Source: Rhodothermales bacterium
GTDB taxonomy: Bacteria; Bacteroidota; Rhodothermia; Rhodothermales; UBA10348
NCBI GenBank assembly: GCA_029249345.1
Contig: JAQWHM010000007.1
Coordinates: forward strand, 29,793 to 93,792
Direction of reading: 5' to 3'
DNA length: 64,000 nucleotides
How positions within the stretch are numbered: position 1 is the stretch's first letter; every line of letters begins with the position of its first letter. Positions 1-9,622 of this stretch are shown here, piece after piece. The notes under the pieces were generated by a model. That model had not been told where the DNA came from. It ran no database searches and saw nothing but the letters and a program-made list of their open reading frames with translations. The translations under genes and the position numbers were made by a program.

Positions 1-987
1 GTAAGATTTAGTCACTTTCTCCAACTCCAAGACTTTTTTACCCAAGCGTGTGGATGCCGCCGCAAGCTGAATCGTAGCGTCCCGACCCGATCTTCCACCC
101 TCTTGTAAGGCCTGCGCCCGTTCTACCCGATACTTAGCTTTTGAGGTCCGCGCCTTGGGCCCTCTGCGCAGCCATTCTAACTCTCGTCGAGCCAAATTTC
201 GGCGGGTTCGCTCCGTGGCCTCCGCCAGACGCTCTGCTTCTTCCTTCAACTCCAGATACCGAGTGTAGTTACCCTCGTACTTATTGACCCCTCCTGGCTC
301 CACTTCCAACATTCGGTTGGTGACTCGATCCAGAAAATACCGATCATGGGTTACGAGCAGTAGTGCGCCCGGATACCGAGAGAGATAGACTTCAAGCCAG
401 GCAATCGTTTCGGTGTCAAGATGGTTAGTAGGCTCATCGAGCAACAGCAAATCGGGTTGAATGACTAGAGCGCGGGCCATAGCCACACGCTTGCGTTGAC
501 CACCAGATAACGTCCCAACCCGAGCGTTCATGTCTTTGAGACCCAAGCGATCCAGAACGGCCCGTGCACTAGCCTCCCGATCCCATCCCCCAGTAACATC
601 TAACTGATGACTCAACTCAGAAACCCGGTCCAGCAATTTTTCGTCGATCTCCTCCCCCGTCGTCAACGCAAATGAGGCCTCCTCATAATCATGCAGCAGC
701 CTCAATGTGGGGTCTCCTTTATCAAAAACAGCGTCCAAAATAGACTGATCAGGCTCGAAATCAGGATTTTGGGGTAGATAGGCTACTCGGGCTGACTTTG
801 AAATCATCAACCTACCGCCATCGGAAACCTCCGCGCCAGCAATAATGCGCATTAACGTGGTTTTTCCGGAACCGTTAGCTCCGATCAATCCCATGCGTTC
901 ATTGTGTTCCAGCCCGAAGGTCACATCGCTGAGCAGTGGCTTCACACCAAAGCTTTTGTGCAGTCCTTCAATGTTGAGAATGTTCAT
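1..987 (-). CDS. ABC-F family ATPase (Uup-like), 5' part only; the gene runs off the left edge of the window
   Basis: Absent from the ORF track because no stop is reached. My minus-strand translation from ATG 987-985 gives MNILNIEGLHKSFGVKPLL..., Walker A GANGSGKTT, ABC signature LSGGQRKRVAMARAL and an RRELEWLRRGPKARTSKAKYR linker typical of ABC-F proteins. Open for all 329 codons down to position 1. Confidence 0.85.
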   Translation of the reverse strand, partial: MNILNIEGLHKSFGVKPLLSDVTFGLEHNERMGLIGANGSGKTTLMRIIAGAEVSDGGRLMISKSARVAYLPQNPDFEPDQSILDAVFDKGDPTLRLLHDYEEASFALTTGEEIDEKLLDRVSELSHQLDVTGGWDREASARAVLDRLGLKDMNARVGTLSGGQRKRVAMARALVIQPDLLLLDEPTNHLDTETIAWLEVYLSRYPGALLLVTHDRYFLDRVTNRMLEVEPGGVNKYEGNYTRYLELKEEAERLAEATERTRRNLARRELEWLRRGPKARTSKAKYRVERAQALQEGGRSGRDATIQLAAASTRLGKKVLELEKVTKSY

Positions 988-1194
988 AGGGCGCCTTTAT
1001 GAGTCGGAACTGGAACGGCGATAAGATACCTATTCGAGAACGAGCGTAAGAGGAATTGGAGTCAAGAATGAGCGTACCTTCTACCTAAACAGTTCGTAAG
1101 GCTCATATCTTACGCCTAGCATATTCCTCTCTTAGTTGTCGTGTTTTTCATGGTCGTACGAGTTACTATTTGGCACACAAGTCTTCTGGATTAG

Positions 1195-1593
1195 ATGTCT
1201 ACATCTCCTGTTCAATATTCAACTCATGATCGCAATGCACCCTACTGGGCCGCTACCTTAATCATTTTGGGTACACTGGGCCTTTTAGCTGATTTTGCAA
1301 TCAATACGCCGTTTTGGAATGGATATATTCTCGATATGACGGGTCCGGCGTGGCACTACATTCTGGTACGAGGACTCTTTACCACAAAAAAAGACAATCG
1401 CTGGACTCGCCTTTTTACGCCCATCCACACCTTTATCCTGTTCGTTTTAGTTTGCTTTAGTATCGAGGGCATCCAATACCTCGAGTGGTATGACTCCACA
1501 TTCGACCCCATGGATTTTCTAGCGTATATCTCTATTCTAACGCCATTGTTTGTGATCGACCTTTTTTTTCAAGAAAAGCCAAACGTGATCTGA
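1195..1593 (+). CDS. hypothetical small integral membrane protein
   Basis: 132-aa ORF with ATG start and several hydrophobic helices (ATLIILGTLGLLADFAI, FILFVLVCFSIEGI, ISILTPLFVIDLFF). No recognisable catalytic motif. Confidence 0.5.
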   Translation: MSTSPVQYSTHDRNAPYWAATLIILGTLGLLADFAINTPFWNGYILDMTGPAWHYILVRGLFTTKKDNRWTRLFTPIHTFILFVLVCFSIEGIQYLEWYDSTFDPMDFLAYISILTPLFVIDLFFQEKPNVI

Positions 1594-1615
1594 TCATAGG
1601 ATTTACTACAACAAC

Positions 1616-1984
1616 ATGCAGACGAACCTACCGCTGAACTTTAAAGACAAACTTGATCAATTCACTGAACAGTGGAGTCCAAAAGTAATCGCCGAGATGA
1701 ACGACTACCAGTTCAAGTTAGCCAAGCTTCAAGGTGAGTTTGTTTGGCATAACCATCCTGAAACGGATGAAACCTTTATCGTTCTGCATGGCAAAATGAC
1801 CATCTTATTTAGAGATAACTCAATCGATCTTAACGCAGGTGAAATGTTTGTCGTGCCCAAAGGAGTTGAACACAAACCCGTAGCCAAACAGGAATGTCAT
1901 ATTCTGCTTGTTGAACCCAGAGGCGTCACCAATACAGGTCAGACATCGAGTAATCTTACTGCTGAAAATGATATCTGGATATGA
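1616..1984 (+). CDS. cupin domain protein
   Basis: 122 aa with cupin-type motifs (WHNHPETDETFIVLHG ... GEMFVVPKGVEHKP). Confidence 0.7.
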   Translation: MQTNLPLNFKDKLDQFTEQWSPKVIAEMNDYQFKLAKLQGEFVWHNHPETDETFIVLHGKMTILFRDNSIDLNAGEMFVVPKGVEHKPVAKQECHILLVEPRGVTNTGQTSSNLTAENDIWI

Positions 1985-1987
1985 CCC

Positions 1988-2743
1988 ATGATCCGCACTT
2001 CACTTACGCTCATTAACTGGCGCGTCGGCCTTCTGCTTTCTTTCATTGCAGGGTCTCTCTTCTGGCTTTTCACCTTAGATCCAATACCTCAAAACCCTGC
2101 CTACCACGCGTTTGCAGATTCTGGTTCATGGTTTGGCATACCCAATACTTGGAATGTGATCTCAAATGTGCCGTTCCTTATCGCCGGCTTTTGGGGCGTG
2201 CACATGGTGCTTTCCTTGAAGGATCAGCGTTCGTACACAGGCTGGCTCGTGCTTTTTGTCGGTATCTGTTTTGTGTCCTTTGGCTCGGCTTATTATCACT
2301 GGAATCCCAGTAATGACTCCCTAGTGTGGGACCGCTTGCCGATGACGGTAGGCTTTATGGGACTATTCGTTGCCCTGACTGGTGAATATGTAGGTCAAAA
2401 ATGGATTCGGATTCTTCTAGTGCCCGCGATTGTGATCGGAGCCAGCTCCGTTCTTGTTTGGCATCTCACCGACGACTTAAGGTTTTATGCGTGGGTACAG
2501 GGTATGCCGCTCGGTGTCGTTGCCATTTACCTGCTCGTATTCAAGTCAGCCTATTCACATACTTGGACGCTAGCCATTGCGCTGAGCGCCTACATCCTAG
2601 CAAAAGTGGTTGAGTCCTACGACGTAGAGGTCTTTGATATGATTGCTCTAAGTGGACATAGCCTCAAACATCTCTTGGCAGCTACCGGTTGTTTCCTACT
2701 CGTCAGTTACATCCAGCATCGCGGACCCCGCCAAAACGCCTAA
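1988..2743 (+). CDS. ceramidase-like / CREST-superfamily 7-TM hydrolase
   Basis: 251-aa polytopic membrane protein. It has the N-terminal YHAFAD..GIPNTWNVISN block and His motifs SAYYHW and SGHSLKHL, resembling the zinc site of alkaline ceramidase/PAQR-type hydrolases. Recognised from memory of the family, not searched. Confidence 0.55.
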   Translation: MIRTSLTLINWRVGLLLSFIAGSLFWLFTLDPIPQNPAYHAFADSGSWFGIPNTWNVISNVPFLIAGFWGVHMVLSLKDQRSYTGWLVLFVGICFVSFGSAYYHWNPSNDSLVWDRLPMTVGFMGLFVALTGEYVGQKWIRILLVPAIVIGASSVLVWHLTDDLRFYAWVQGMPLGVVAIYLLVFKSAYSHTWTLAIALSAYILAKVVESYDVEVFDMIALSGHSLKHLLAATGCFLLVSYIQHRGPRQNA

Positions 2744-2764
2744 TCATCTCAAATCAGGCCCCTA

Positions 2765-3253
2765 ATGCGCATTTACCTTCCCTTTTTGGTTCTCGCAATC
2801 GTATCCGCTACGGCTGCCTTAGGACAAAAACCCGACCCTTACCGGCAAAATATGGAGCTGGATGGTCCGAGTTTTGTGGCGGTGACCGTGCAGAATGTGG
2901 ACAAAGCTGCCCAGTGGTACAGCACTATCCTAAAGCTCGATTTGGCCAGCAGCGTGGATGCTGATGATGATCGATACCGCATCCGTATCCTCAGTGGTAA
3001 TGGGATGACGGTAGAGCTTATTGAGCAGGCTGATGCTACTCAGCCGCCCGCGACTAGGCAGTATGGTTTATTCAAGTTTGGATTCTACGTCAAGGATATA
3101 GGTGGCTTTTTCAACTACCTAAAAACTTGGCAAGTAGATACCGATGACACCGTCTTTTACGATGAGGCTTTAGATGCCAAATCCTTCGGTTTTATAGACC
3201 TTTATGGCAATCGTTTGCAGGTCTTTCAGCGATGCGACACTTTTGACTGTTAG
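2765..3253 (+). CDS. secreted VOC/glyoxalase-fold protein
   Basis: 162 aa with a signal peptide (MRIYLPFLVLAIVSATAALG) and a beta-alpha-beta-beta-beta-like pattern (FVAVTVQNVDKAAQWY, VELIEQ). Confidence 0.5.
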   Translation: MRIYLPFLVLAIVSATAALGQKPDPYRQNMELDGPSFVAVTVQNVDKAAQWYSTILKLDLASSVDADDDRYRIRILSGNGMTVELIEQADATQPPATRQYGLFKFGFYVKDIGGFFNYLKTWQVDTDDTVFYDEALDAKSFGFIDLYGNRLQVFQRCDTFDC

Positions 3254-3279
3254 TCGAGATCAGGCCTGAATGAACCGTT

Positions 3280-4569
3280 TTATTCCGTTTTAGCCTTCCC
3301 AAATTCAGGATCGATATCTACCAAAGAGGCGACTAAAAAGCCAGGTATAGTGGCCAGTAATATCCAGATGAAAAAGTTCTGGTACCCCAGCATTTCCTGT
3401 AACCAGCCACTGATCATTCCTGGAATCATCATCCCAAGAGCCATAAATCCGGTGCATATTGCGAAATGGGCTGTTTTATGAGGTCCCTCGGCTGCATAAA
3501 TCATGAATAACATGAATGCCGTAAAACCGAACCCATATCCAAATTGCTCAACAGCCACTGCGATGTTCACGATCAGCGAGCTCTCTGGCAGAAACGTGGA
3601 CAGTAACAGATAAACGACGTTTGGCAGGTTGATAGCAGCAACCATGGGCCAGAGCCAAAACTTGAGTCCTTGTTTGGCCGCAAGAAACCCTCCCAATAAT
3701 CCTCCCAGCGTAAGCGAGATGATCCCGACGGTGCCATACACAAATCCAACTTCAGTCGTGGAAAGCCCGAGGCCTCCTACTGCAGCTTCATCCAGCAGGA
3801 AGGGCGAGGCCATTTTGACTAATTGGGCTTCCGAAAAGCGGTAGAATAGGATGAAAAGGATGATCGTAGTGACACCCTTTTTCTGAAAGAAGGTCGAAAA
3901 CGTCTTTAGGAATTCAGAAAATAAGTTCGATGCGCTGGCTTCTGCTGTTGGTACATCTGTTGCCGGGCGCGGCAGCACAAATCGATGATAGACCATGAAC
4001 AGCAAAAACAATGCTGCCGCAATTCCCATCGTCATAGCCCATGCCATAGGAATATCGCCCGTCGAGGTCTCAAGCTGACCCGCAACCATAACGAGTAAAC
4101 CCTGCCCCGCAATCATGGCGAAGCGATAAAATGTACTCCGAATGCCCACGAACCACGCCTGGTTGGAGTCATCCACGGCCAGCATATAAAATCCATCTGC
4201 CGCGATGTCGTGCGTGGCACTACTGAACGCGATGAGCCAGAAGAAAACGAGGGACCACCGAAAAAAATCAGGGCCTGGTAAGGTTAACGCCACGGACGCC
4301 ATCGCGGCGCCTATCACGAGCTGCATAGTCACAATCCAGAAACGTTTCGTTTTCAGGATGTCCACAAAAGGACTCCACAGCGGCTTAATTACCCAAGGCA
4401 AATACAACCAACTGGTATAGAGCGCGATATCCGTATTGGAGATTCCCAGACGCTTGTACATAATGACCGAGAGCGTCATAACGATTACGTAAGGAATTCC
4501 CTCTGCGAAATAGAGACTTGGAATCCATCGCCAGGCTCTGCGCCGTTCTGTAAGTGTATCGTGGCTCAT
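3280..4569 (-). CDS. ampG: MFS muropeptide permease, AmpG family
   Basis: 429-aa 12-14 TM protein. The N-terminal WIPSLYFAEGIPYVIV block is typical of AmpG/MFS_1-like permeases. Last gene of a 4-gene minus-strand operon. Confidence 0.8.
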   Translation of the reverse strand: MSHDTLTERRRAWRWIPSLYFAEGIPYVIVMTLSVIMYKRLGISNTDIALYTSWLYLPWVIKPLWSPFVDILKTKRFWIVTMQLVIGAAMASVALTLPGPDFFRWSLVFFWLIAFSSATHDIAADGFYMLAVDDSNQAWFVGIRSTFYRFAMIAGQGLLVMVAGQLETSTGDIPMAWAMTMGIAAALFLLFMVYHRFVLPRPATDVPTAEASASNLFSEFLKTFSTFFQKKGVTTIILFILFYRFSEAQLVKMASPFLLDEAAVGGLGLSTTEVGFVYGTVGIISLTLGGLLGGFLAAKQGLKFWLWPMVAAINLPNVVYLLLSTFLPESSLIVNIAVAVEQFGYGFGFTAFMLFMIYAAEGPHKTAHFAICTGFMALGMMIPGMISGWLQEMLGYQNFFIWILLATIPGFLVASLVDIDPEFGKAKTE

Positions 4570-4579
4570 AGGTCAGGTA

Positions 4580-7500
4580 TTAGTTATTGCTGAGGTAGTT
4601 CAGCATGGATTGCATAAGCTCAATTCGGACCGAACGACCACCAATGACGGTTTCAAAAGGAAAACCAGCCACAACAACGCCGCTGGTACCTGAGCGACCA
4701 ATCATCGCACTCATGTTGTTGTCCCCATAACGCAGGAGGATCTGCGCACCCTCGGCTGGTTCCAAGGCATCTGGGCTCTCAACCCGATATATATCTGCCG
4801 TAGGATCGGTGTTAAACCAGATTTCACCCAGGTTTTCAAACGCCCCAATACCATAGGTGTGACCCACCTCAACAGCATGATCCGTCCGCCAGGTAAAGGA
4901 CAGACGGTCCTCTGCGAAGTCCTTCGCTTCCTCGGAGGCACCGGACCCAGCCAAGTCGGAAGCCACGTGAGCGCCCGTGACGATTACGGCACCGCTATAG
5001 TCTATGAGCATCTTTTGCATCTCTGGAGAGACCGCCTGAAAATCCGTTAACATTCCCGGTCCAGTGGTCGTTTTTTCTTCCCCTAAGATCAAATCAACAA
5101 ACGGATAAGCCTCTAATCGAACCAGGCCTTCTTCGATCGCTTCATCAGACGATGTCGCAAATGAATAGCCACTAGCAAGAATGGCATCTCCATGGATAGC
5201 CGGATAGTTGAACGTATTACCGGTTAGAACTTGCGTTTCTTGGGTAGAATAACTGGCACCATGTCCCGGCGCGTCGTCGTCCAGCCACGGAGATTGCGAG
5301 TCAAAATCATATTGCCGACCCACGTAGGACAGATCCATTCCATCGGCCACTCCTTCGTCCTCAAAGTCCGCAAAACCCCTAAAAGAGCCATATTCGAGGA
5401 CGGCTGGAGCCGAAATCCGATCAAAACCAGCAATTACCATGACCGTTGGCCCCTCCTGAGCGCCAAATGGTTGGCCAGCCGCTACTTCCTCGCTTGGCAT
5501 ACTTTCGCCGCCAGCATTGACCCCTGCTACGCGAAACCGGTATACCACGCCCGCTTCGATCTCATCTAATACGAAGTGATTTTCTCGGACCCATTGGCCC
5601 GGAGCATAGCTTCCTTCATCACGCGCGACATACACTACATAGGCGTCGGGGGCGGCACTAGATTCTAGCGGATCCATAACAGCTTCCCAGCTCACTTTTA
5701 GCTTACCCGAGTCTATCCATTCCGTACGTAAGTGCGAAACCGGTAGCGGTTGGATGACCGGCTCGTAGCCATGTTGGTCAGCCAAAAAGTAGGCCATGCT
5801 TTTATACACAGAACGGGCCACATCAAATCGGAAGCGCGGGTCAAGACCAAACTTCATGTCCGCGAAATTCTGATGGGATAGCAGCTCCAACAAAACACCT
5901 GGTACGTTGGGTCGCACCGCTTCGCTGTAATCCCGATCCCAGATAGCGCGCCGATTCCAATTTGGATCATATTTGGCCCGCAAATCATCTACAATAGTCG
6001 TTTGCATAATGTCCCCTAAATCCCGGTTGGCAACGCGGGATTGTCCATCGGGAAACGTCTTATCACCAACAGCCCCGGTCGATGAATAAATCATCAGGGT
6101 ACCAATCGTACGCTCGTTTTGCGTAATCCCAGCATCGGTATGAAAAGCTAGAGATAGATCTACTGGAACGTTGAGCCCGACTTGATCTCGATTTTTGTTG
6201 GGTCCAAAAGGAGCACCAACGAGATAGTTCACCCATTCAGCGCGACCACGGTAGTCATCGACATAATCATTTAGGTCCTCGGTCACATTATAGACCAACG
6301 CGTCAGGCATGCCTGCGAATTGCATGTAGTAGCGGGCTCCCTCCGTAAACCGAGGTCGACCGCTGGTCATTCCACCTCTTTCCACAGAGCCCATTCCGCC
6401 GCCAAATCGTACGACGTCAGCAGAAATGATCTTACCCGGATCCGAGCTCACGTTACTAAGCTCAACACGCCCACTTTCGGGCCTGGATCCCTTCATAAAA
6501 TCAAAGTGACCGAGGTACACCCAGGTCCCCCCAGCCATTTGTTGATTTACGCTGATCGTCGTGGCGCCGCCAAGATGATGCACGGTGTAGCGCGCATCCC
6601 GCGTGGCCTCTTCTTCTTTTCCGAAAGCCACATAGACGGCGTACCTGCCCGTAGCCGCAAAGTCAGGATTCCAACTCACCATCGCGCTGGAGACAGTATC
6701 CGTCGTGGAGACGCGATACGTGCCTTCCTCGAACGGGTTCACTGCGCCTAAGGACTCAAAATGCCGATAGCCTGGTTTTTCAGCCTTTTTCCAAGCAAAA
6801 TCTTTCTCACCAATTTCCAAATACCGGTTACTTTCCGCTTTTTCACTATCAAAATCCACGACTACTTCGTGGGTCTGAACGTCACGTTCTCTAGGAATAT
6901 GGACATATGCACCCGCGCCCTCTAACATCGGCATCAAATAAGGCACGACAAAAGACATCGGGAATAGGTCCTCGACAGTCTGAAAGAGTCGGGCACGTTG
7001 CCATTCCCATCTATCCAGTCTGGTTTCATAGTACCAGCCGTGACTAGGCCAAATGGCAATATGGCGGCCCGATAGCTGCGCATCGGCCCGCCAGAGCTTC
7101 GATAAATCGGTAGTAAGGCGCGCCTTTTCGTCCGGTGAGGCAGGCATCCGGCTCACGTCCCGATCGCCGGAGCGATACACGTTGGGAACGAGATCTTTTA
7201 AGGGGATGCCCATCGCGCTCATTTTCAAATCGTAATCTTGAAACGCCTCGCCTAGAGCCCTTCGAACGACTTGCTCAAACTTGTTTATGGTTTCTTCTCG
7301 AAAGGCCTGCTGGCCGAATGCGTCATTGAGTTCAGCATGAATCTGATGCTTAACCTGATCCACCTTCACGGTGTCTGTTTTAGACCCCGGGTCCAACCGA
7401 AATCCGCACGTCTCTGAACGATCCAGACACCCATTTAAAGCTATTGTAAAACGCTCCTCTGCGATCATTCCGGCTTCTTCTGCAGATAGAGCATCCACGT

Positions 7501-7594
7501 TCACCAAACGCTGTGGTCCAGAGCATCCTGCCACGAATACGAGCAATCCAATTACAATCCGCTTGTTCATTTGCCGTCGATGTTGATTATGCAT
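4580..7594 (-). CDS. large lipoprotein with N-acetylmuramoyl-L-alanine amidase (Amidase_3-like) and fibronectin-III-like domains
   Basis: 1004 aa with lipobox LLVFVAGCSG. Amidase_3-like blocks are IAIWPSHGWYYE, DLSLAFHTDAG and PGVLLELLSHQNFADMKF. An Fn3-like segment is VSWEAV...YRFRVAGVNAGGES. An alternative start at M9 (7570) is possible. Confidence 0.65.
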   Translation of the reverse strand: MHNQHRRQMNKRIVIGLLVFVAGCSGPQRLVNVDALSAEEAGMIAEERFTIALNGCLDRSETCGFRLDPGSKTDTVKVDQVKHQIHAELNDAFGQQAFREETINKFEQVVRRALGEAFQDYDLKMSAMGIPLKDLVPNVYRSGDRDVSRMPASPDEKARLTTDLSKLWRADAQLSGRHIAIWPSHGWYYETRLDRWEWQRARLFQTVEDLFPMSFVVPYLMPMLEGAGAYVHIPRERDVQTHEVVVDFDSEKAESNRYLEIGEKDFAWKKAEKPGYRHFESLGAVNPFEEGTYRVSTTDTVSSAMVSWNPDFAATGRYAVYVAFGKEEEATRDARYTVHHLGGATTISVNQQMAGGTWVYLGHFDFMKGSRPESGRVELSNVSSDPGKIISADVVRFGGGMGSVERGGMTSGRPRFTEGARYYMQFAGMPDALVYNVTEDLNDYVDDYRGRAEWVNYLVGAPFGPNKNRDQVGLNVPVDLSLAFHTDAGITQNERTIGTLMIYSSTGAVGDKTFPDGQSRVANRDLGDIMQTTIVDDLRAKYDPNWNRRAIWDRDYSEAVRPNVPGVLLELLSHQNFADMKFGLDPRFRFDVARSVYKSMAYFLADQHGYEPVIQPLPVSHLRTEWIDSGKLKVSWEAVMDPLESSAAPDAYVVYVARDEGSYAPGQWVRENHFVLDEIEAGVVYRFRVAGVNAGGESMPSEEVAAGQPFGAQEGPTVMVIAGFDRISAPAVLEYGSFRGFADFEDEGVADGMDLSYVGRQYDFDSQSPWLDDDAPGHGASYSTQETQVLTGNTFNYPAIHGDAILASGYSFATSSDEAIEEGLVRLEAYPFVDLILGEEKTTTGPGMLTDFQAVSPEMQKMLIDYSGAVIVTGAHVASDLAGSGASEEAKDFAEDRLSFTWRTDHAVEVGHTYGIGAFENLGEIWFNTDPTADIYRVESPDALEPAEGAQILLRYGDNNMSAMIGRSGTSGVVVAGFPFETVIGGRSVRIELMQSMLNYLSNN

Positions 7595-9148
7595 CTAATT
7601 CCTCAAGAGGCCTACGGGAACGCTGGTAACTCCTAGGCGCCCAACCGTATTAACGACAACACCCAACACGTCATCTTCCACTGCAATAGTCCGGTTCCAC
7701 CCAGGAAGGATACGTGTTTCCCAACCAGCGCTTGTTTTAATTCGGACCGTCCAAGCCCGCACTTCGGTATCATCTCCTGGCTCAATCGACATATAACCCC
7801 GGTTTCCGAGGGAGTGATACTCCAAAAGAGGTTTGTTTGGCGTTGATACGCCCAGCCAATGTGTTGCCGGAACCAGAGCAGGCTCTGCATATAGAGACTT
7901 GGCTAAATCCTTACCCATGCCGTGCTTTGCCGGCATGATGGCCCGCATCGAAAAATGCACATTCCCAGTCGCGCCCGGCACCGAACGCGTATGAGCAACC
8001 TGGCGCACCAACTCATTGTTCTCCCAATGCGAGTTTCCTTCAAGAATAACACGACTAGTGAAAATTCCGGGCCAAATATGACGATTCTGGTCATTCTCAC
8101 TAATCCACCAATCAAGCAGATCCGGGTAGGGTTGCCCACTACTTTCCATGGCCCAATAAAGCTGCGGCGTATAATAATCGACCCATCCACGGTTTAGCCA
8201 TTTTCGGGCATCTGCATACAAATTCTCGTGCTGATTAAATCCCGTTACGTTTTCCGGATATCCTGGCTGCCAGATCCCAAAGGGAGATATTCCGAATAGT
8301 ACCCAGGATTTGGTTTCCTTGATTCTGCTGTACACTCGCTGTATAAAATCGTCCACATTACGACGGCGCCAATCTGATCGACTAAGCCCGTCTCCGTACA
8401 AATTGTAAAAGGATGAATCAGGAAAGTCTATCCTGTTTCCTTGGTCATCATTAGCGGGGTAGGGATAAAAATAATCATCCATGTGAACCCCGTCGATATC
8501 ATACCGGCGTACGACGTCTAAAATTACATCCAACGAGTGCTGTGCGATATCCGGTGAGCCTGGATCCATCCATTTTTGGGTTCCATACTCGTGTACTGCC
8601 TCTGGAAAACGGCTCAAGACGTGAGAATCATCAAGTGTACCCGAGGCCGTTGGGTGGGCTGCCCGATACGGGTTGAGCCAAACATGCAGCTCGATGCCCC
8701 TGCGATGAGCTTCTTCAACAGCAAAAGAGAGCGGGTCGTAAAAAGGATCTGGTGCTACCCCCTGCTCACCGCTCAAATAGTAGGACCAAGGTTCTAATTC
8801 CGAGCTATAGAGCGCATCTGCGGTGGGTCGGATTTGAAATACAATCGCATTTAGACCAAGTCGCATTGCACGATCCATCAAAGTCAACATTTCCTGCTGC
8901 TGACTAGCTGAAGACAAGCCTGGTTCGGAAGGCCAATCAATATTGTCGACGGTAGCCACCCAGGCTGCTCGGAATTCGCGAGGTACCTCCGGTGCTTCAT
9001 TCACCAAGGCAACCAAGCGCGGTTCATCACTCACTCCCCACCCAGCAGGACGTTCTACCGGGGAATTCATGCCGCCATAGGGCCCTCCCGAAGAAACACA
9101 TCCTGAGACCAGTACGCTTACCCAAACTGCCCAACTTGCCCGAATCAT
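7595..9148 (-). CDS. glycoside hydrolase-like 10 (GHL10/DUF187) family lipoprotein
   Basis: 517 aa with lipobox VLVSGCVSSG and the block FRAAWVATVDNIDWPS...LNAIVFQIRPTADALYSS...DPLSFAVEEAHRRGIELHVWLNPY, typical of the GHL10 TIM-barrel family. Confidence 0.7.
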   Translation of the reverse strand: MIRASWAVWVSVLVSGCVSSGGPYGGMNSPVERPAGWGVSDEPRLVALVNEAPEVPREFRAAWVATVDNIDWPSEPGLSSASQQQEMLTLMDRAMRLGLNAIVFQIRPTADALYSSELEPWSYYLSGEQGVAPDPFYDPLSFAVEEAHRRGIELHVWLNPYRAAHPTASGTLDDSHVLSRFPEAVHEYGTQKWMDPGSPDIAQHSLDVILDVVRRYDIDGVHMDDYFYPYPANDDQGNRIDFPDSSFYNLYGDGLSRSDWRRRNVDDFIQRVYSRIKETKSWVLFGISPFGIWQPGYPENVTGFNQHENLYADARKWLNRGWVDYYTPQLYWAMESSGQPYPDLLDWWISENDQNRHIWPGIFTSRVILEGNSHWENNELVRQVAHTRSVPGATGNVHFSMRAIMPAKHGMGKDLAKSLYAEPALVPATHWLGVSTPNKPLLEYHSLGNRGYMSIEPGDDTEVRAWTVRIKTSAGWETRILPGWNRTIAVEDDVLGVVVNTVGRLGVTSVPVGLLRN

Positions 9149-9151
9149 AAT

Positions 9152-9622
9152 CTACTTCACGTTTATGCTATAGTGATCGAACTCCGTATCTAGGCTCCAG
9201 CCCAAATCCTCATACACTGACTTGGCCGGGGCATTGTCTTTTGCCGTTGCAAGCTCCAGACCAGCAGCTCCCGTACTCTTAGCGAAATCGGTGGCCGCCT
9301 CCATAAGATGATGCCCGACACCCTTTTTGCGATGTGCCGGGTCAACAAACAAATCGTTTAATAACCAGATCGATCTCATCCGAACGGAGGAAAAAAGGGG
9401 ATATAGCTGAGTGAAGCCCATGCCTTGTCCACGTTCGTCCTCTGCAATCAAAATCACGGACTCATCATAGGAAAGTCGCTCGTTTAAAAAGTGCTCGGCG
9501 CTTTGTACATCTGACGCCTGCTTGTAGAACACCCTGTATCCGTCAAACAAGCGCGTCAACTCAATAAGGTCCTCGATCGAAGCGCGTCGCACCTGAACTC
9601 CACTAAATTCGGTATCTTTCAT
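9152..9622 (-). CDS. GNAT family N-acetyltransferase
   Basis: GNAT motif A region (QGMGFTQLYP...HRKKGVGHHLMEAA). I prefer the ATG at 9622 (MKDTEFSG...) over the track start 9715, which would invade the divergent promoter region. Confidence 0.75.
   Translation of the reverse strand: MKDTEFSGVQVRRASIEDLIELTRLFDGYRVFYKQASDVQSAEHFLNERLSYDESVILIAEDERGQGMGFTQLYPLFSSVRMRSIWLLNDLFVDPAHRKKGVGHHLMEAATDFAKSTGAAGLELATAKDNAPAKSVYEDLGWSLDTEFDHYSINVK

Noticed and set aside
1195-1984. Impression that the first two plus-strand genes are more AT-rich than the rest of the window (possible acquired DNA)
   Set aside because: I cannot compute GC content or codon statistics reliably by eye, and no mobility genes or repeats flank the block. 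It needs a sliding-window GC or tetranucleotide calculation before any claim.
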